From positions 320,001-384,000 of the forward strand of contig CAWHFW010000002.1 in the NCBI GenBank assembly GCA_963828735.1: a stretch of 64,000 nucleotides of DNA. The letters are read 5' to 3'. The notes under the pieces were generated by a model, which saw only the letters and a program-made list of their open reading frames with translations, was not told where the DNA came from and did no database searches. The translations under genes were made by a program, and so were the position numbers. Shown piece by piece: positions 1-9,961 of the stretch (within the stretch, counting starts at the first letter, position 1; every line of letters begins with the position of its first letter). The DNA comes from an uncultured Gemmatimonadales bacterium. GTDB lineage: Bacteria; Gemmatimonadota; Gemmatimonadetes; Gemmatimonadales; GWC2-71-9.

Positions 1-405
1 CGCGGCCTGCTCGGTGGTCACGCCGGCCGCCCGATGCCCGTAGATCCCGATCGTGCTGCAGTAGATGAAGCGCTCGACTTTCCCCGACCCGGCCGCCTCG
101 AGCAGGCGGCGGGTGCCGTCGAGATTCACCGACTCGAAGAACTCGTCGCTCTTCCCGCCCTCGCGCATCGCGACGGCGAGATGGAAGACGTGCGTGGCGC
201 CCCGCATGGCCCGCGCGCACAGCTCCGGGTCCGTAATGCTCCCCGGCAGGATCTCGACGCCCTGCCGGGCGAGCAGCGCCGCGTTCGCCTGTTCCTCGGG
301 CCGGTCCGCCAGGCCGAGCACGACCACTTGCGCGCCCCGCCGCCGCCCGGCCTCGGCCAGGTGCGAGCCGATGAAGCCCGTTCCCCCGGTGACCAGCAGC
401 CTCAT
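1..405 (-). CDS. NAD-dependent epimerase/dehydratase (extended SDR), runs off left edge
   Basis: Manual translation MRLLVTGGTGFIGSHL...VNLDGTRRLLEAA...RFIYCSTIGIYG shows the GxxGxxG Rossmann motif; ATG overlaps the wecB stop (ATGA). Confidence 0.9.
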   Translation of the reverse strand, partial: MRLLVTGGTGFIGSHLAEAGRRRGAQVVVLGLADRPEEQANAALLARQGVEILPGSITDPELCARAMRGATHVFHLAVAMREGGKSDEFFESVNLDGTRRLLEAAGSGKVERFIYCSTIGIYGHRAAGVTTEQAA

Positions 406-1514
406 GCGTACCGGGTCGCGAGGGCTGCGACGATACGTTCGCTCGCGCGGCCGTCACCGTAGGGATTGACCGCGTTGGCCATCCGCGCGTACGCCTCGGG
501 CGAGGTCAGGAGCTCGCTTGCCGCGGTGACGATGCGGTCCCGGTCGGTCCCCACCACCACGGCCGTGCCGGCGGCCACGCCCTCGGGGCGTTCGGTCACC
601 TCCCGGAGCACCAGCACCGGCTTTCCGAGCGAAGGCGCCTCCTCCTGGACTCCGCCACTGTCGGTCAGGACGAGGTCGGCGCGCGCCATGAGGTGCACGA
701 ACTCGAGATAGTCCACAGGCGGCACCAGGTGCATGCTCGGCAGATCGCACAGCAGCTCCTCGACCGTCCGTTTCACCTCGGGATTGGGATGCACCGGCAA
801 CACGAACTGCAGCTCCGGAAAGCGCTGCGCCAGCTCGCGGATCGCGGCGCAGGTGGAGCGAAGCGGCGCACCGAAGCTCTCCCGCCGATGCGTCGTCACG
901 AGCACCAAGCGCCGGGCGGGGTCGAGCCGCTCGAGCGCCGGGGTCCGGAAGCGATAGTCGGCGCGCACGGTCTGGAGCAGCGCGTCGATGACCGTGTTGC
1001 CGGTCAGGAACACGTCCGCCGCGGGAATCCCCTCGGACAGCAAGGTGTCCCGTGCGGCCGGTGTCGGCGCGAAGTGCATTGCCGCTATCCGGGTGGTGAG
1101 GACCCGGTTCATCTCCTCCGGGTACGGCTGCCAGCGGTCCCCCGTCCTCAGGCCGGCTTCGACGTGGGCGGTCGGCACCCGCTCCAGGAACGCGGCCAGC
1201 GCGGCGGCGAACGTGGTGGTCGTATCGCCCTGCACCAGAATCACGTCCGGCCGCACCTGCCTGAGCAGCGGCGGCAGCCGGTCCAGGATGCCCGCCGCGA
1301 TGCCGGCCGGGGTCTGCCCCGGGACCATTAGGTCCAGGTCCACGTCGGCCTTCAGATCGAACACTTCGAGCACCTGATCGAGCATCGTGCGATGCTGCGC
1401 CGTGACGCAGATCAGGCTCTCGAAGGCCGCCGGCGCTCCGCGCAGGGCGCGGACGATGGGCGCCATCTTGATCGCCTCCGGCCTGGTGCCGAAGACGCTG
1501 AGGACACGGATCAT
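402..1514 (-). CDS. wecB: UDP-N-acetylglucosamine 2-epimerase (non-hydrolysing)
   Basis: Motifs FGTRPEAIKMAP, VQGDT, HVEAGLRT, PEEMNR, TDSGGVQEEAPSLGKPVLVLR, NPYGDG; start at MIRVLS overlaps the upstream stop. Confidence 0.95.
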   Translation of the reverse strand: MIRVLSVFGTRPEAIKMAPIVRALRGAPAAFESLICVTAQHRTMLDQVLEVFDLKADVDLDLMVPGQTPAGIAAGILDRLPPLLRQVRPDVILVQGDTTTTFAAALAAFLERVPTAHVEAGLRTGDRWQPYPEEMNRVLTTRIAAMHFAPTPAARDTLLSEGIPAADVFLTGNTVIDALLQTVRADYRFRTPALERLDPARRLVLVTTHRRESFGAPLRSTCAAIRELAQRFPELQFVLPVHPNPEVKRTVEELLCDLPSMHLVPPVDYLEFVHLMARADLVLTDSGGVQEEAPSLGKPVLVLREVTERPEGVAAGTAVVVGTDRDRIVTAASELLTSPEAYARMANAVNPYGDGRASERIVAALATRYA

Positions 1515-2368
1515 GGGGCGACGTGCGCGGCTTGCAATCGCTCGGCCAGCGTCTGCATCGTGACGAACCGGAACCCATGCTCGACCACCCGCGCGAACAC
1601 CTTGCGAAGGACGCCCTCGCGGACGCCCTCGTAGCATGGATGGCCGTAGAGTATGACTTCGTCGTTCGACTCGAGATGCTCGTCCAGGACGCGCATGACT
1701 TCCGCCTCCGGCGTGCTCCGGGCGCCGTGATATTCCAGGAAGGGAATGGTGCGTGGACCGGCCAGCGTCACCGGAAGGGTCCAGTGCCGGAGGGTGCGGC
1801 CATCGGCGGTGGCCCGATGCGGCTCTCCGCCGATCGCGTCACCGTTGTACAGAAAACCGAATCGGTCGAGCAACGCCATGACGCGCTCATCCGAGTAGAA
1901 GCCGGGCGACGAGAACCCGACCGGCTTCCCGAAATGCCGCACAAAATGTCCGTACGACTCGTCCAGATCGGCCGCCAGGTCTTCGTCGGGCAGCTGGTGG
2001 AACCGCCGGCTCCAGATCACGTGATCCATGCCGCCATGCAGACCGAGCTCATGGCCCTCGGCCTGGAGCGCCTGGATCTCGGGGACGAACCGCAGCCCGA
2101 CCGGCCGCGAGAGCGCCGTTTCCACCAGGAACCGGGGCCACCCGGTCTTCTTGATCAGATGGACCGCGTCCCGGTCGGCCAGTTTCGCCTGCGACCGGCT
2201 GATCCCCTTCCCCAGCCACTCCCGCAGATTGGTGGAGCGGCCCAGGTTGACGAAAAACGTATTGGGAACGCCGAAATCCCGGCAGACGGCCTGGATCCTG
2301 GGAAGCCCGTCCGTGATGCACACCCGATGATCCACGTCCCAGCGAAACGCGAACAGCCGATCGGTCAC
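1511..2368 (-). CDS. Polysaccharide deacetylase family protein (NodB-like)
   Basis: FRWDVD, TFFVN, GHELGLHGGMDH, GFSSPGF, ILYGHP; GTG start overlaps the GT4 stop. Confidence 0.75.
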   Translation of the reverse strand: MTDRLFAFRWDVDHRVCITDGLPRIQAVCRDFGVPNTFFVNLGRSTNLREWLGKGISRSQAKLADRDAVHLIKKTGWPRFLVETALSRPVGLRFVPEIQALQAEGHELGLHGGMDHVIWSRRFHQLPDEDLAADLDESYGHFVRHFGKPVGFSSPGFYSDERVMALLDRFGFLYNGDAIGGEPHRATADGRTLRHWTLPVTLAGPRTIPFLEYHGARSTPEAEVMRVLDEHLESNDEVILYGHPCYEGVREGVLRKVFARVVEHGFRFVTMQTLAERLQAAHVAP

Positions 2369-3654
2369 CGGCCAGCCCTCGCCATCACGCTCGCGTAGAT
2401 CTGCTCGAATTGCTCCGCGGTGCGATCCCAGTCGAACAGGCGCAGCGCGCGCTCCCGGCCGGCGCGTCCCATGTCGGCGCGGCGGGCGGGATCGACCAGC
2501 AGGGAGCCCATCGCGTCGGCCAGGGCCGCCGAATCGCCTCGCGGAACGATGAGGCCGGTGACGCCATGCTCGACGACCTCGGGTAGGCCACCGGCGTCGC
2601 TCGCCACGACCGGCGTTTCGCAGCCCATGGCCTCGGCGGCGGGAATGCCGAATCCCTCCTCGAGCGAAGGAATCACGGAGATCGCCGCGGCCCGGTAGTA
2701 GGGGGGAAGATCGCTGTTGGGCACCCAGCCCAGGAAGGTCACCTGCTGGCCGATGCCGAGCGACTCGGCGAGCTTGATGAGTTCCGGCCGCTCGAAGCCG
2801 TCGCCCGCGACAACCACCCGGATGTCCGGGAAACGGGGCTTGAGCCGAGCCGCCGCCTCGATGAGGAACCTGATGCCCTTCCGGGGGAACAGCTGACGGC
2901 ACGCGAAGACCATCTGCGGGCCGTACCGCGGGTCGATGGGCTTGCCCCCGGGCGCGGGACTGAATCGGCGGAGGTCGGTCCCGTTGAACACGAGGTGGAT
3001 GGATTCGTCGGGCGCGCCCGCCCGGAGGGCATGCTGCCGGCAGTCGTCCGTAATGGCCGTGAGCGCTCCCGCGTGGCGAAGCGTCCACCGAAGCGGCGGC
3101 CGAACGTACCATCGGGTCGGGAAATCGTAGCCCTGCTCCGGGTTCACGTACACATCACCACCGTGCATGGTGATCACGCTCGGCAGCCGCATCTTTCTGG
3201 CGGCCTGAACGGCGGCTGGCCCGGTCGGGATGGCCCAATGCGCATGCACGACGTCGGCGCCGCGGTCCCGGCAGGCGTTCACCGTCGCGCGATACTGCGC
3301 CTCGAGATAGTGAGCCATTACGGCCACGCGGGCAAACTTGCCCATCAAGTTGACTTGGCTCTGAGCGACCCGACCGTAGGTCAGGTCCACGGGCAACTCC
3401 ATCGGGAACCGCAGGACTTCCACCCCGTCGAAACTCTCGGTCGCCGGCAGGGACGGGTTGCCTGGTGTCACGACCGTTACCGCATGCCCCCGGCGGACCA
3501 GGTGGCGGTTGATGTCGTGGACGTAGGTGGCCTGGGTGTCGGTCGCGCCCTGGGGGTACCAGTAGGTGGGGCAGACGATCCGCAGTGATCCCTTGGACCC
3601 GCCACCCGAGCTCACACCCCGGGAACGCTGGACCTCTACTCCAGCTGTCATCAT
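2365..3654 (-). CDS. Glycosyltransferase family 4 (GT-B)
   Basis: DVVHAHW, RKG, PSLEEGFGIPAAEAMGCETPVVASDAGGLPEVV (ExF...E motif); start uncertain. Confidence 0.9.
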   Translation of the reverse strand: MMTAGVEVQRSRGVSSGGGSKGSLRIVCPTYWYPQGATDTQATYVHDINRHLVRRGHAVTVVTPGNPSLPATESFDGVEVLRFPMELPVDLTYGRVAQSQVNLMGKFARVAVMAHYLEAQYRATVNACRDRGADVVHAHWAIPTGPAAVQAARKMRLPSVITMHGGDVYVNPEQGYDFPTRWYVRPPLRWTLRHAGALTAITDDCRQHALRAGAPDESIHLVFNGTDLRRFSPAPGGKPIDPRYGPQMVFACRQLFPRKGIRFLIEAAARLKPRFPDIRVVVAGDGFERPELIKLAESLGIGQQVTFLGWVPNSDLPPYYRAAAISVIPSLEEGFGIPAAEAMGCETPVVASDAGGLPEVVEHGVTGLIVPRGDSAALADAMGSLLVDPARRADMGRAGRERALRLFDWDRTAEQFEQIYASVMARAGR

Positions 3655-3714
3655 CTCGCTATGACCTCTCAGGTCCATCGGACGGGGCGAAGCCTACGGG
3701 AACGTGTAAGAAAC

Positions 3715-3730
3715 ATCAACATTTATGCCA
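3715..3730 (-). promoter_or_regulatory. Possible sigma-54 (-24/-12) promoter of the polysaccharide operon
   Basis: Minus strand TGGCATAAATGTTGAT has the correct GG-N10 spacing, with GA instead of GC at -12; palindrome TGCAAC-N4-GTTGCA lies upstream at 3804-3819. Confidence 0.4.
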
Positions 3731-3962
3731 CCTGGGGGTGTACCGACCGCCGTATTTGAATTCGAGTTGCGGGCCGAGGCTCCTGGGCCTTTTGCAGACA
3801 GTATGCAACACTCGTTGCACCCCTGCGGCTAGGGGAATCTGACCCGTGAAGACCCAAAAGCCGCCGACCAGCCTCGAGCGTATCCCCGTGCAACTTATGG
3901 CATCTGTCTGGGAGACGATACTACAGCTTTCGATCCCTGCCCGTGACGTAGGGGTCCTAGGG

Positions 3963-4391
3963 TCACGATGCTCCCGTTCCAGCGCTGGCTGACCCCTCCA
4001 GCAGCGCGCGGACCTTGGCGGCGAGCGCCTCCTGGGTGAAGGGCTTGGACAGAAACGGCGCGCCGGGCTCGAGCAACCCGCCCTGAAACACCTCCGACGC
4101 GAAGCCGGACATGTAGAGGATCGGTTTCCCGGGCCAGCGTTCCTCGACGAAGCGGCCCAGCTCGCGCCCATTCATCCCCGGCATTTTGATGTCGGTGAGT
4201 ACGAGGTGCACTGGGCCGTTGTGCTCCTCGATCGCAGCCAGCGCCTCGCGGCCGTGGCGCGCCTCGATGGCCTGGTACCCCGTCCAGGTGAGCATCCGGA
4301 CGGCTAATCGCCGTACCGCCTCCTCGTCGTCGACGACGAGCACGGTATAGCCTCCGGCGGGGCGATCGCCCCGTGATCCGTGAGCGGTCAA
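3963..4391 (-). CDS. Stand-alone response regulator receiver domain
   Basis: VLVVDDEE, LVLTDIKMPGMNG, LYMSG, FLSKPF; start uncertain (TTG 4391). Confidence 0.85.
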   Translation of the reverse strand: MTAHGSRGDRPAGGYTVLVVDDEEAVRRLAVRMLTWTGYQAIEARHGREALAAIEEHNGPVHLVLTDIKMPGMNGRELGRFVEERWPGKPILYMSGFASEVFQGGLLEPGAPFLSKPFTQEALAAKVRALLEGSASAGTGAS

Positions 4392-5059
4392 GCGTCGGTG
4401 TCCATGGGCTGGGCTTGGACTGGAATAGGTTAGGGGGCTTGAAGTTCGTCGCGAGCGGGTGCGACCGCAAGCTCCGGCCCCACCGAGCAAACGCTCATGT
4501 GGCAGGGGTTCCTCGGTTCGGCCGGCGAGCGGGATGGCCCGACCGGGCACAACCGCCGCCGCAAGCGCCGAGGCACGCCCGTCATGATACCCCCTATCCT
4601 CCGCCATCTTGCGAACTTACGCGACCTTGGGAGTGGCCGAGCTGCTTCGGAGGGTCGGCCTGCGGCGTGCGCGAGTGCCATATCCTTTGGAACCCCTGAC
4701 CGGATTCGTCTGCAGTGCCGATTTCGCTGACTGGTCGCCCCGCTGAATCCCATCCAAATACACGCTTGCCTGTCCGGGTGAGATGCGGACGCCTCACAGC
4801 AGCCGCCCGCAGCGAGTCTTGATGATCTTCTGAGAGCCGTCAGGACTAGCCGAAAGGATACCATCGCCCAAGGAGGCCGAGTGCTATACTGCTTCCCTGC
4901 CGTGGGAGGCTCACGGATTGGCTTCATGCTCCACGGTGGAGGCCAGTGCGTAGAAGCGCCCCCGGCCCTGGTCACGGCACTGGACTCCTGGTTCGTCCGC
5001 AGTACCGTGGCCGTTGGTTTCACGCTTCTCTGGCAGGAACCGACTTACGAGGCGGCCCC

Positions 5060-5899
5060 ATGTCCGCGATCATCCGCTGGTCCATCGGAGTCGTTGCAAT
5101 CGCGCTCGTCGGAGCGACGTCCGAGGTACGGGCACAATCGACCAGCCGCCTGTACGACAAGTGGCAGATTGACCTGTCCGGTGCCGTGGTGATCATGGGG
5201 ACGAACATTCGGGTCGATGGAGACAACGGCGAGGGAACAGAGATCGACGCCGAGGATGTGCTCGGGCTGTCGCGAGAGAAGATCCAGCCCCGGGTTTCGG
5301 TCCGTTGGCGGCCAGGACACCGGCACGAGCTCGAGCTCGGGTACCAGTTCGCCCGTCGGACAGCCGAGAAGCCGCTCCAACGCGACATCACGTTCGGGGA
5401 CTCCACCTACACGGTCGGAGCCGACCTGAATTCCACTTTCCACACCGACCAGGCCTTTCTGGTCTACCGCTTCGCTATCCGTGCGCACGAACGAACCCAG
5501 CTCGGCGTGGGCGTGGGAGTCGGGGTGCTACCCTTCAAGCTCGAGGTCGACCGCGCCGCCAGTGCGGGCGGTGCGGGGGTGACATCCTCCAGCGAGAGGA
5601 ATTTCACGGGGCCCACCGGCTCCCTCGGTGTCTACGGCCGCTTCCTGCTAGGCGATCGCTGGTATCTCGAGAGCGATATTCGGGGCATCGCGATCAAGAT
5701 CGACCGCATCGACGCGAAGATCGTAGAGGGCAACCTGGCCGGACGGTATCTCCTCTCCGACAAACTGGGGGTTGAGCTCGGCTACGGCATCAGCTCGGTC
5801 ACCGTCACCGTGGATCCGCCGGCGGACCGCAAGGGGTTCTTCGGGAAGATCAAATATCCGCTGCAGAATGTCCGCCTCGGCATGGTGCTGACCTTGTGA
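5060..5899 (+). CDS. Probable outer-membrane beta-barrel protein
   Basis: Signal peptide ending VRA-Q, alternating hydrophobic beta strands, GAGG RBS. Confidence 0.7.
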   Translation: MSAIIRWSIGVVAIALVGATSEVRAQSTSRLYDKWQIDLSGAVVIMGTNIRVDGDNGEGTEIDAEDVLGLSREKIQPRVSVRWRPGHRHELELGYQFARRTAEKPLQRDITFGDSTYTVGADLNSTFHTDQAFLVYRFAIRAHERTQLGVGVGVGVLPFKLEVDRAASAGGAGVTSSSERNFTGPTGSLGVYGRFLLGDRWYLESDIRGIAIKIDRIDAKIVEGNLAGRYLLSDKLGVELGYGISSVTVTVDPPADRKGFFGKIKYPLQNVRLGMVLTL

Positions 5900-6034
5900 G
5901 CTTTCGCCGTTTGGTCATTCGTGCCGGTTCGGCATGATGTCTGAGACACTGGTTCCGCTCGCCCGGACCTGAGCGGCCAATTCGCGACCGGACCTTGCCC
6001 AAGGGTTCACGTCTAGCGAATTTACGCCCCTGCT

Positions 6035-6124
<90 letters not shown>

Positions 6125-6137
6125 TCGGACCAACGAG

Positions 6138-6171
6138 AGGTGAAAGGTGAGTTGCTTCACCTTTCACCTTT
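6138..6171 (+). terminator. Perfect 13-bp hairpin after tRNA-Ser (terminator or processing structure)
   Basis: AGGTGAAAGGTGA-gttgct-TCACCTTTCACCT followed by a short T run. Confidence 0.5.
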
Positions 6172-6191
6172 AACGTATTAGCCGGGATCAC

Positions 6192-7649
6192 ATGACCCCA
6201 CCACGCGTCCGCTTTGCTCCGTCGCCGACCGGGTATCTGCACGTAGGCGGCGCTCGCACGGCCCTCTTCAACTGGTTGTTCGCCCGGCACACCGGCGGCG
6301 TCATGGTCCTGCGGATCGAGGACACCGACCGCGAGCGCAGCACGGACGCCCACACCCGCGTGATTCTCGACGGCCTCACCTGGCTCGGGATCACGTGGGA
6401 CGAGGGTCCATTCTTCCAGGGCGAGTACGGCTCGCGCCATCGTGCCGACGCCGAGCGTCTGCTCGCCGAGGGCAAGGCCTACCGCTGCTTTTGCACCCGC
6501 GAGGAGCTCGACGCGCAGCGCACCCAGGCGGAGGCGGGGGGTACCGGATTTCGATACGATCGCCGCTGCTATCGCCTCGCGCCCGCCGAAATCGATCGGC
6601 GCCTCGCCTCAGGCGCGCCGTTCACGATCCGGTTTCTACTCCCCGACACCGAGATCGCGTGGGATGATGCGGTGCACGAGCGGATCAGCTTTCAGGGGCG
6701 CGATCTCGACGACTTCGTGATCCTCCGGAGCGACGGGACGGCCATCTACAATCTCGCCGTGGTGAGCGACGACATCGCCATGCTGATCTCGCACGTAATC
6801 CGGGGAGATGACCACATCTCCAACACGCCGAAGCAGATCGCACTGTATCGTGCATTCGGGCACGAGCCACCGGTCTTCGCGCACGTCCCGATGATCCTGG
6901 GGACCGACGGAAAGAAGCTTTCGAAGCGCCACGGGGCCACCGCGGTTGGCGACTACCAGGACCGAGGGATTCTGCCCGCCGCAATGAGGAACTTCCTGGC
7001 GCTCCTGGGGTGGTCGCCGGGCGGCGACCGCGAGATCGTGCAGGAGAGCGAGATGATCTCCCTGTTTTCGCTCGACTGCATCCAGAAGAAGGCCGCCGTC
7101 TTCGAGACCACCAAGCTCGAATGGATGAACGGCCAGTATCTTTCCGCGGTGCCGGCCGCGGAGCTGCTCCCGGCGGTGCACCGCGAGCTCGAGCGCATGG
7201 GCGTCGATGCCGGCGGCCGAGACCTCACCCCACTGGTGGATGCCGTGAAGGCCCGATCGCGGACGATCCTTCACATCGCCGAGCAGGTGTCAGTGCGGCT
7301 GGACCCGTCGCGCGCGACCATTGACGCGAAGGGTGAAGCCCTCGTTCGCAAGATGGGCCCTGCCTTCTCAACCAACTTGCAGCGCGCGGCCGACGCACTC
7401 GAGCAGCTCGGGCCGGGCGCCTGGAGCGCCGAGCGGATTCTGGAGTGCCTGAAGGGAGTCGCCGAGGCCTACGGGCTCAAACTGGGTGACGCCATGCAGC
7501 CCGTCCGCGTGGCCTTGACCGGATCCACCGTGTCCGAGCCGGTGAACGAGCTCCTCGCGGTGGTCGACCGCCAGACCGCCCTTCGCCGGCTCGGTGAGGT
7601 GGCTCGCCGCTTCGGCCCCAGCGGCGACCCGCAGGCCGCGCCGGCATGA
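6192..7649 (+). CDS. gltX: Glutamate--tRNA ligase
   Basis: RFAPSPTGYLHVGG (HIGH), LRIEDTD, KLSKR (KMSKS), C-terminal anticodon-binding domain. Confidence 0.97.
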   Translation: MTPPRVRFAPSPTGYLHVGGARTALFNWLFARHTGGVMVLRIEDTDRERSTDAHTRVILDGLTWLGITWDEGPFFQGEYGSRHRADAERLLAEGKAYRCFCTREELDAQRTQAEAGGTGFRYDRRCYRLAPAEIDRRLASGAPFTIRFLLPDTEIAWDDAVHERISFQGRDLDDFVILRSDGTAIYNLAVVSDDIAMLISHVIRGDDHISNTPKQIALYRAFGHEPPVFAHVPMILGTDGKKLSKRHGATAVGDYQDRGILPAAMRNFLALLGWSPGGDREIVQESEMISLFSLDCIQKKAAVFETTKLEWMNGQYLSAVPAAELLPAVHRELERMGVDAGGRDLTPLVDAVKARSRTILHIAEQVSVRLDPSRATIDAKGEALVRKMGPAFSTNLQRAADALEQLGPGAWSAERILECLKGVAEAYGLKLGDAMQPVRVALTGSTVSEPVNELLAVVDRQTALRRLGEVARRFGPSGDPQAAPA

Positions 7650-8854
7650 TTCGCCGGGCCGGCCTTGCGCTGGCCCTGGCCGGGCTTTCGGCCTGCGCGG
7701 GACACGCGCCGACGGCCACTCCCAGACCCGCGCCCGACACGCTGGCGGCGCACCCCGGCGTTCCCGCTCCGATCCCTGCCGCGCCACCCGCCCCGCCCCC
7801 CAAGCCGTCGTCCATCGAGCTCTCCATGGTCGGCGACATCAATCTCGGGACCGCCACACTGCCGGACGGAGTGCCGCCCGACAGCGGTCGGGGCCTGCTC
7901 GACGCGGCGCGACCCGCCCTTACGGGCGACCTGGTCGTCGGGAACTTCGAGGGGGTGCTGGCCGATACCGGAACGTCCGACAAGTGCGAGCGCATCGGCA
8001 CCGCCGCGGCCCGGTCCAGGCGGCCGCCGGCATCGCACCGGCAACGCGCGGACACAGCCACTGTTCGCCCCGGGTGCTACGCGTTCCGAACGCCAACGGT
8101 GCTGGCGCCGCGCCTGGTGGACGCGGGATTCACGCACCTGAACCTCGCCAACAACCACGCAAACGACTTCGGACCCGCGGGTCGGGCTTCGACCGAGGAG
8201 CTGCTCGACAGTCTGGGGCTCCGGCTCTACGGGCCGCTCGGCCGCATCGCGATCGACACGGTGCGCCGGGGCGACAGCCTCGCCACGGTCGGTCTCATCG
8301 GCTTTGCCACCTACCCCTATGCCTACGACCTCCTGGATGTTGCACGGAGCGCCGCGGTGGTGGACTCGGTGCGCCCGCTCGTGGACCTGCTGATCGTCAC
8401 GTTTCACGGCGGCGCCGAAGGGGTCGGGGCTCTCCATGTTCCGGAGACTGCCGAATCGCTCGGACGGGAGCCTCGTGGTGAGCTCCGGCGCTGGGCTCGC
8501 GCGGTCATCGACGCTGGCGCGGACGCGGTCGTGGGCCACGGCCCGCACGTGCTCCGCGGGATCGAGTTCTACCACGGGCGTCCGATCGTCTATTCTCTCG
8601 GAAACTTTCTTACCTATCGCGGGTTCAATCTCGACGGCCCGCTCGGCATCACCGGAGTGTTGCAGATCGAGTTCGCACCGGACCGGCGCCTTCTCCGCGC
8701 CCGTCTCGTGCCCATGGCCCAGCGCCCACGCAAGGGTCCCTCACCCGATTCGGCGGCCACGGCGATCGACCTGGTGCGGGATCTCTCGGCCGAGGACTTC
8801 GGTGCCACGGGCGCGCGCATCGGGGCCGGCGGCGACATCCTCCCCCCGCCCTGA
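7646..8854 (+). CDS. CapA (PGA_cap) family metallophosphoesterase-fold lipoprotein
   Basis: Lipobox LSAC; motifs VGDI, GNFEG, LANNHAND, HGGAEG, GHGPHV, YSLGNF. Confidence 0.88.
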   Translation: MIRRAGLALALAGLSACAGHAPTATPRPAPDTLAAHPGVPAPIPAAPPAPPPKPSSIELSMVGDINLGTATLPDGVPPDSGRGLLDAARPALTGDLVVGNFEGVLADTGTSDKCERIGTAAARSRRPPASHRQRADTATVRPGCYAFRTPTVLAPRLVDAGFTHLNLANNHANDFGPAGRASTEELLDSLGLRLYGPLGRIAIDTVRRGDSLATVGLIGFATYPYAYDLLDVARSAAVVDSVRPLVDLLIVTFHGGAEGVGALHVPETAESLGREPRGELRRWARAVIDAGADAVVGHGPHVLRGIEFYHGRPIVYSLGNFLTYRGFNLDGPLGITGVLQIEFAPDRRLLRARLVPMAQRPRKGPSPDSAATAIDLVRDLSAEDFGATGARIGAGGDILPPP

Positions 8855-8891
8855 GCTTGCCACGGTCCAGCCGCCCGCGTATGGATTCTCG

Positions 8892-9476
8892 ATGAGCGAC
8901 GAACCCGCCACCCCCGAGGACGGCGAGGCTCCCACTCCGGCGGCGATCGCCGCCACGGAGCATCCGGTCCAGATCACGGTCGGCCTGGTCGAGGACGACC
9001 GGATCCCGGACGGCATGGTGTGCATGGGGAGTTTTCGGAACGGCCGCCTGATCGCCCGGTCGGTGCTCCCGCCAGAGGCGTGGGGCCAGATCCACGAGTA
9101 CGGCATCTTCGACGACCCCGTGCAGGTTGTCCTGGTCGCCCGGGCGGCGCCACCCGGACTGCAGTGCCAGCTCTACGCCATGGTCCCCTTGCCCGACGAG
9201 GAGGACGACGAGTCCGAGGAGCCGTGGAGCGCGAGCGTGCCGGGGTCGTCCTACGAATCAGCCATCGAAGCGGACCAGGAGGATGACGCGGAGGGCGAGG
9301 GCGGCGACGAGCTCTCGGTTGCCCCGATTCCGCTGGGCAACATCGTGCGGTACGAGCACGACCGCGTGCACCCCGAGAGCCTGCCCCTCGAGGCGGTGGA
9401 CGTTTTGCGACGGATCATCGATGGTGAGACGTCGGAAGTGGTGGATCGCGCGCTGTCAGACCTGCTCGGTCTCTAG
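8892..9476 (+). CDS. Hypothetical acidic protein
   Basis: Coding-like ORF from MSDEPAT; no recognised motif. Confidence 0.65.
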   Translation: MSDEPATPEDGEAPTPAAIAATEHPVQITVGLVEDDRIPDGMVCMGSFRNGRLIARSVLPPEAWGQIHEYGIFDDPVQVVLVARAAPPGLQCQLYAMVPLPDEEDDESEEPWSASVPGSSYESAIEADQEDDAEGEGGDELSVAPIPLGNIVRYEHDRVHPESLPLEAVDVLRRIIDGETSEVVDRALSDLLGL

Positions 9477-9495
9477 CACGCCGACCGGCGAGGCG

Positions 9496-9939
9496 TCAGA
9501 CGAACACCCCGACCCTGAATCGCCAGATCCTTCCCAGCAGATCCTCGAGGTGCCCCTGCGTCGTGAAGACCTCGACGGCCGCCGCCGTTGCCGCGGCGTT
9601 CACGCCCCACAGGGTCGCCCGTTTGATGTCCCCTTCGAAATCGGACTGCACGAACACCTCTTCGTCCCGATTGTAGATCGTTGGAAGGAAGGCGCCGAAC
9701 TCCCGGGCCACACCGTTGGCGCCCGGTCCTCCGATCGCGATCGTCGGGTTGAGGTGAAAGATCCGGTTCTCGAGATACCAGGCGTCCCCCACGACCACGG
9801 CTCGCCGGTACGCGTGCCCTGCTCCACGACGGTCGATCTCCGCCTTGAGGAGATAGGCCAGCGGCCGGTCGCGCTCCTCCGCGGTGAGCGACGTGCCCGT
9901 CACGAGCACGATGGTCTCCTCGGTATCCACGAGCTTCAT
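9496..9939 (-). CDS. Hypothetical protein
   Basis: 147-aa ORF with GAGAGG RBS, contains IAIGGPGANGVA. Confidence 0.7.
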   Translation of the reverse strand: MKLVDTEETIVLVTGTSLTAEERDRPLAYLLKAEIDRRGAGHAYRRAVVVGDAWYLENRIFHLNPTIAIGGPGANGVAREFGAFLPTIYNRDEEVFVQSDFEGDIKRATLWGVNAAATAAAVEVFTTQGHLEDLLGRIWRFRVGVFV

Positions 9940-9961
9940 GATGTGGCGTTCCTCTCGTCCG

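Noticed and set aside
4815..4880. CTGAGAG...CGAAA resembling a hammerhead ribozyme core or glycine riboswitch
   Set aside because: The core lacks CUGANGA spacing and I could not build the required stems.
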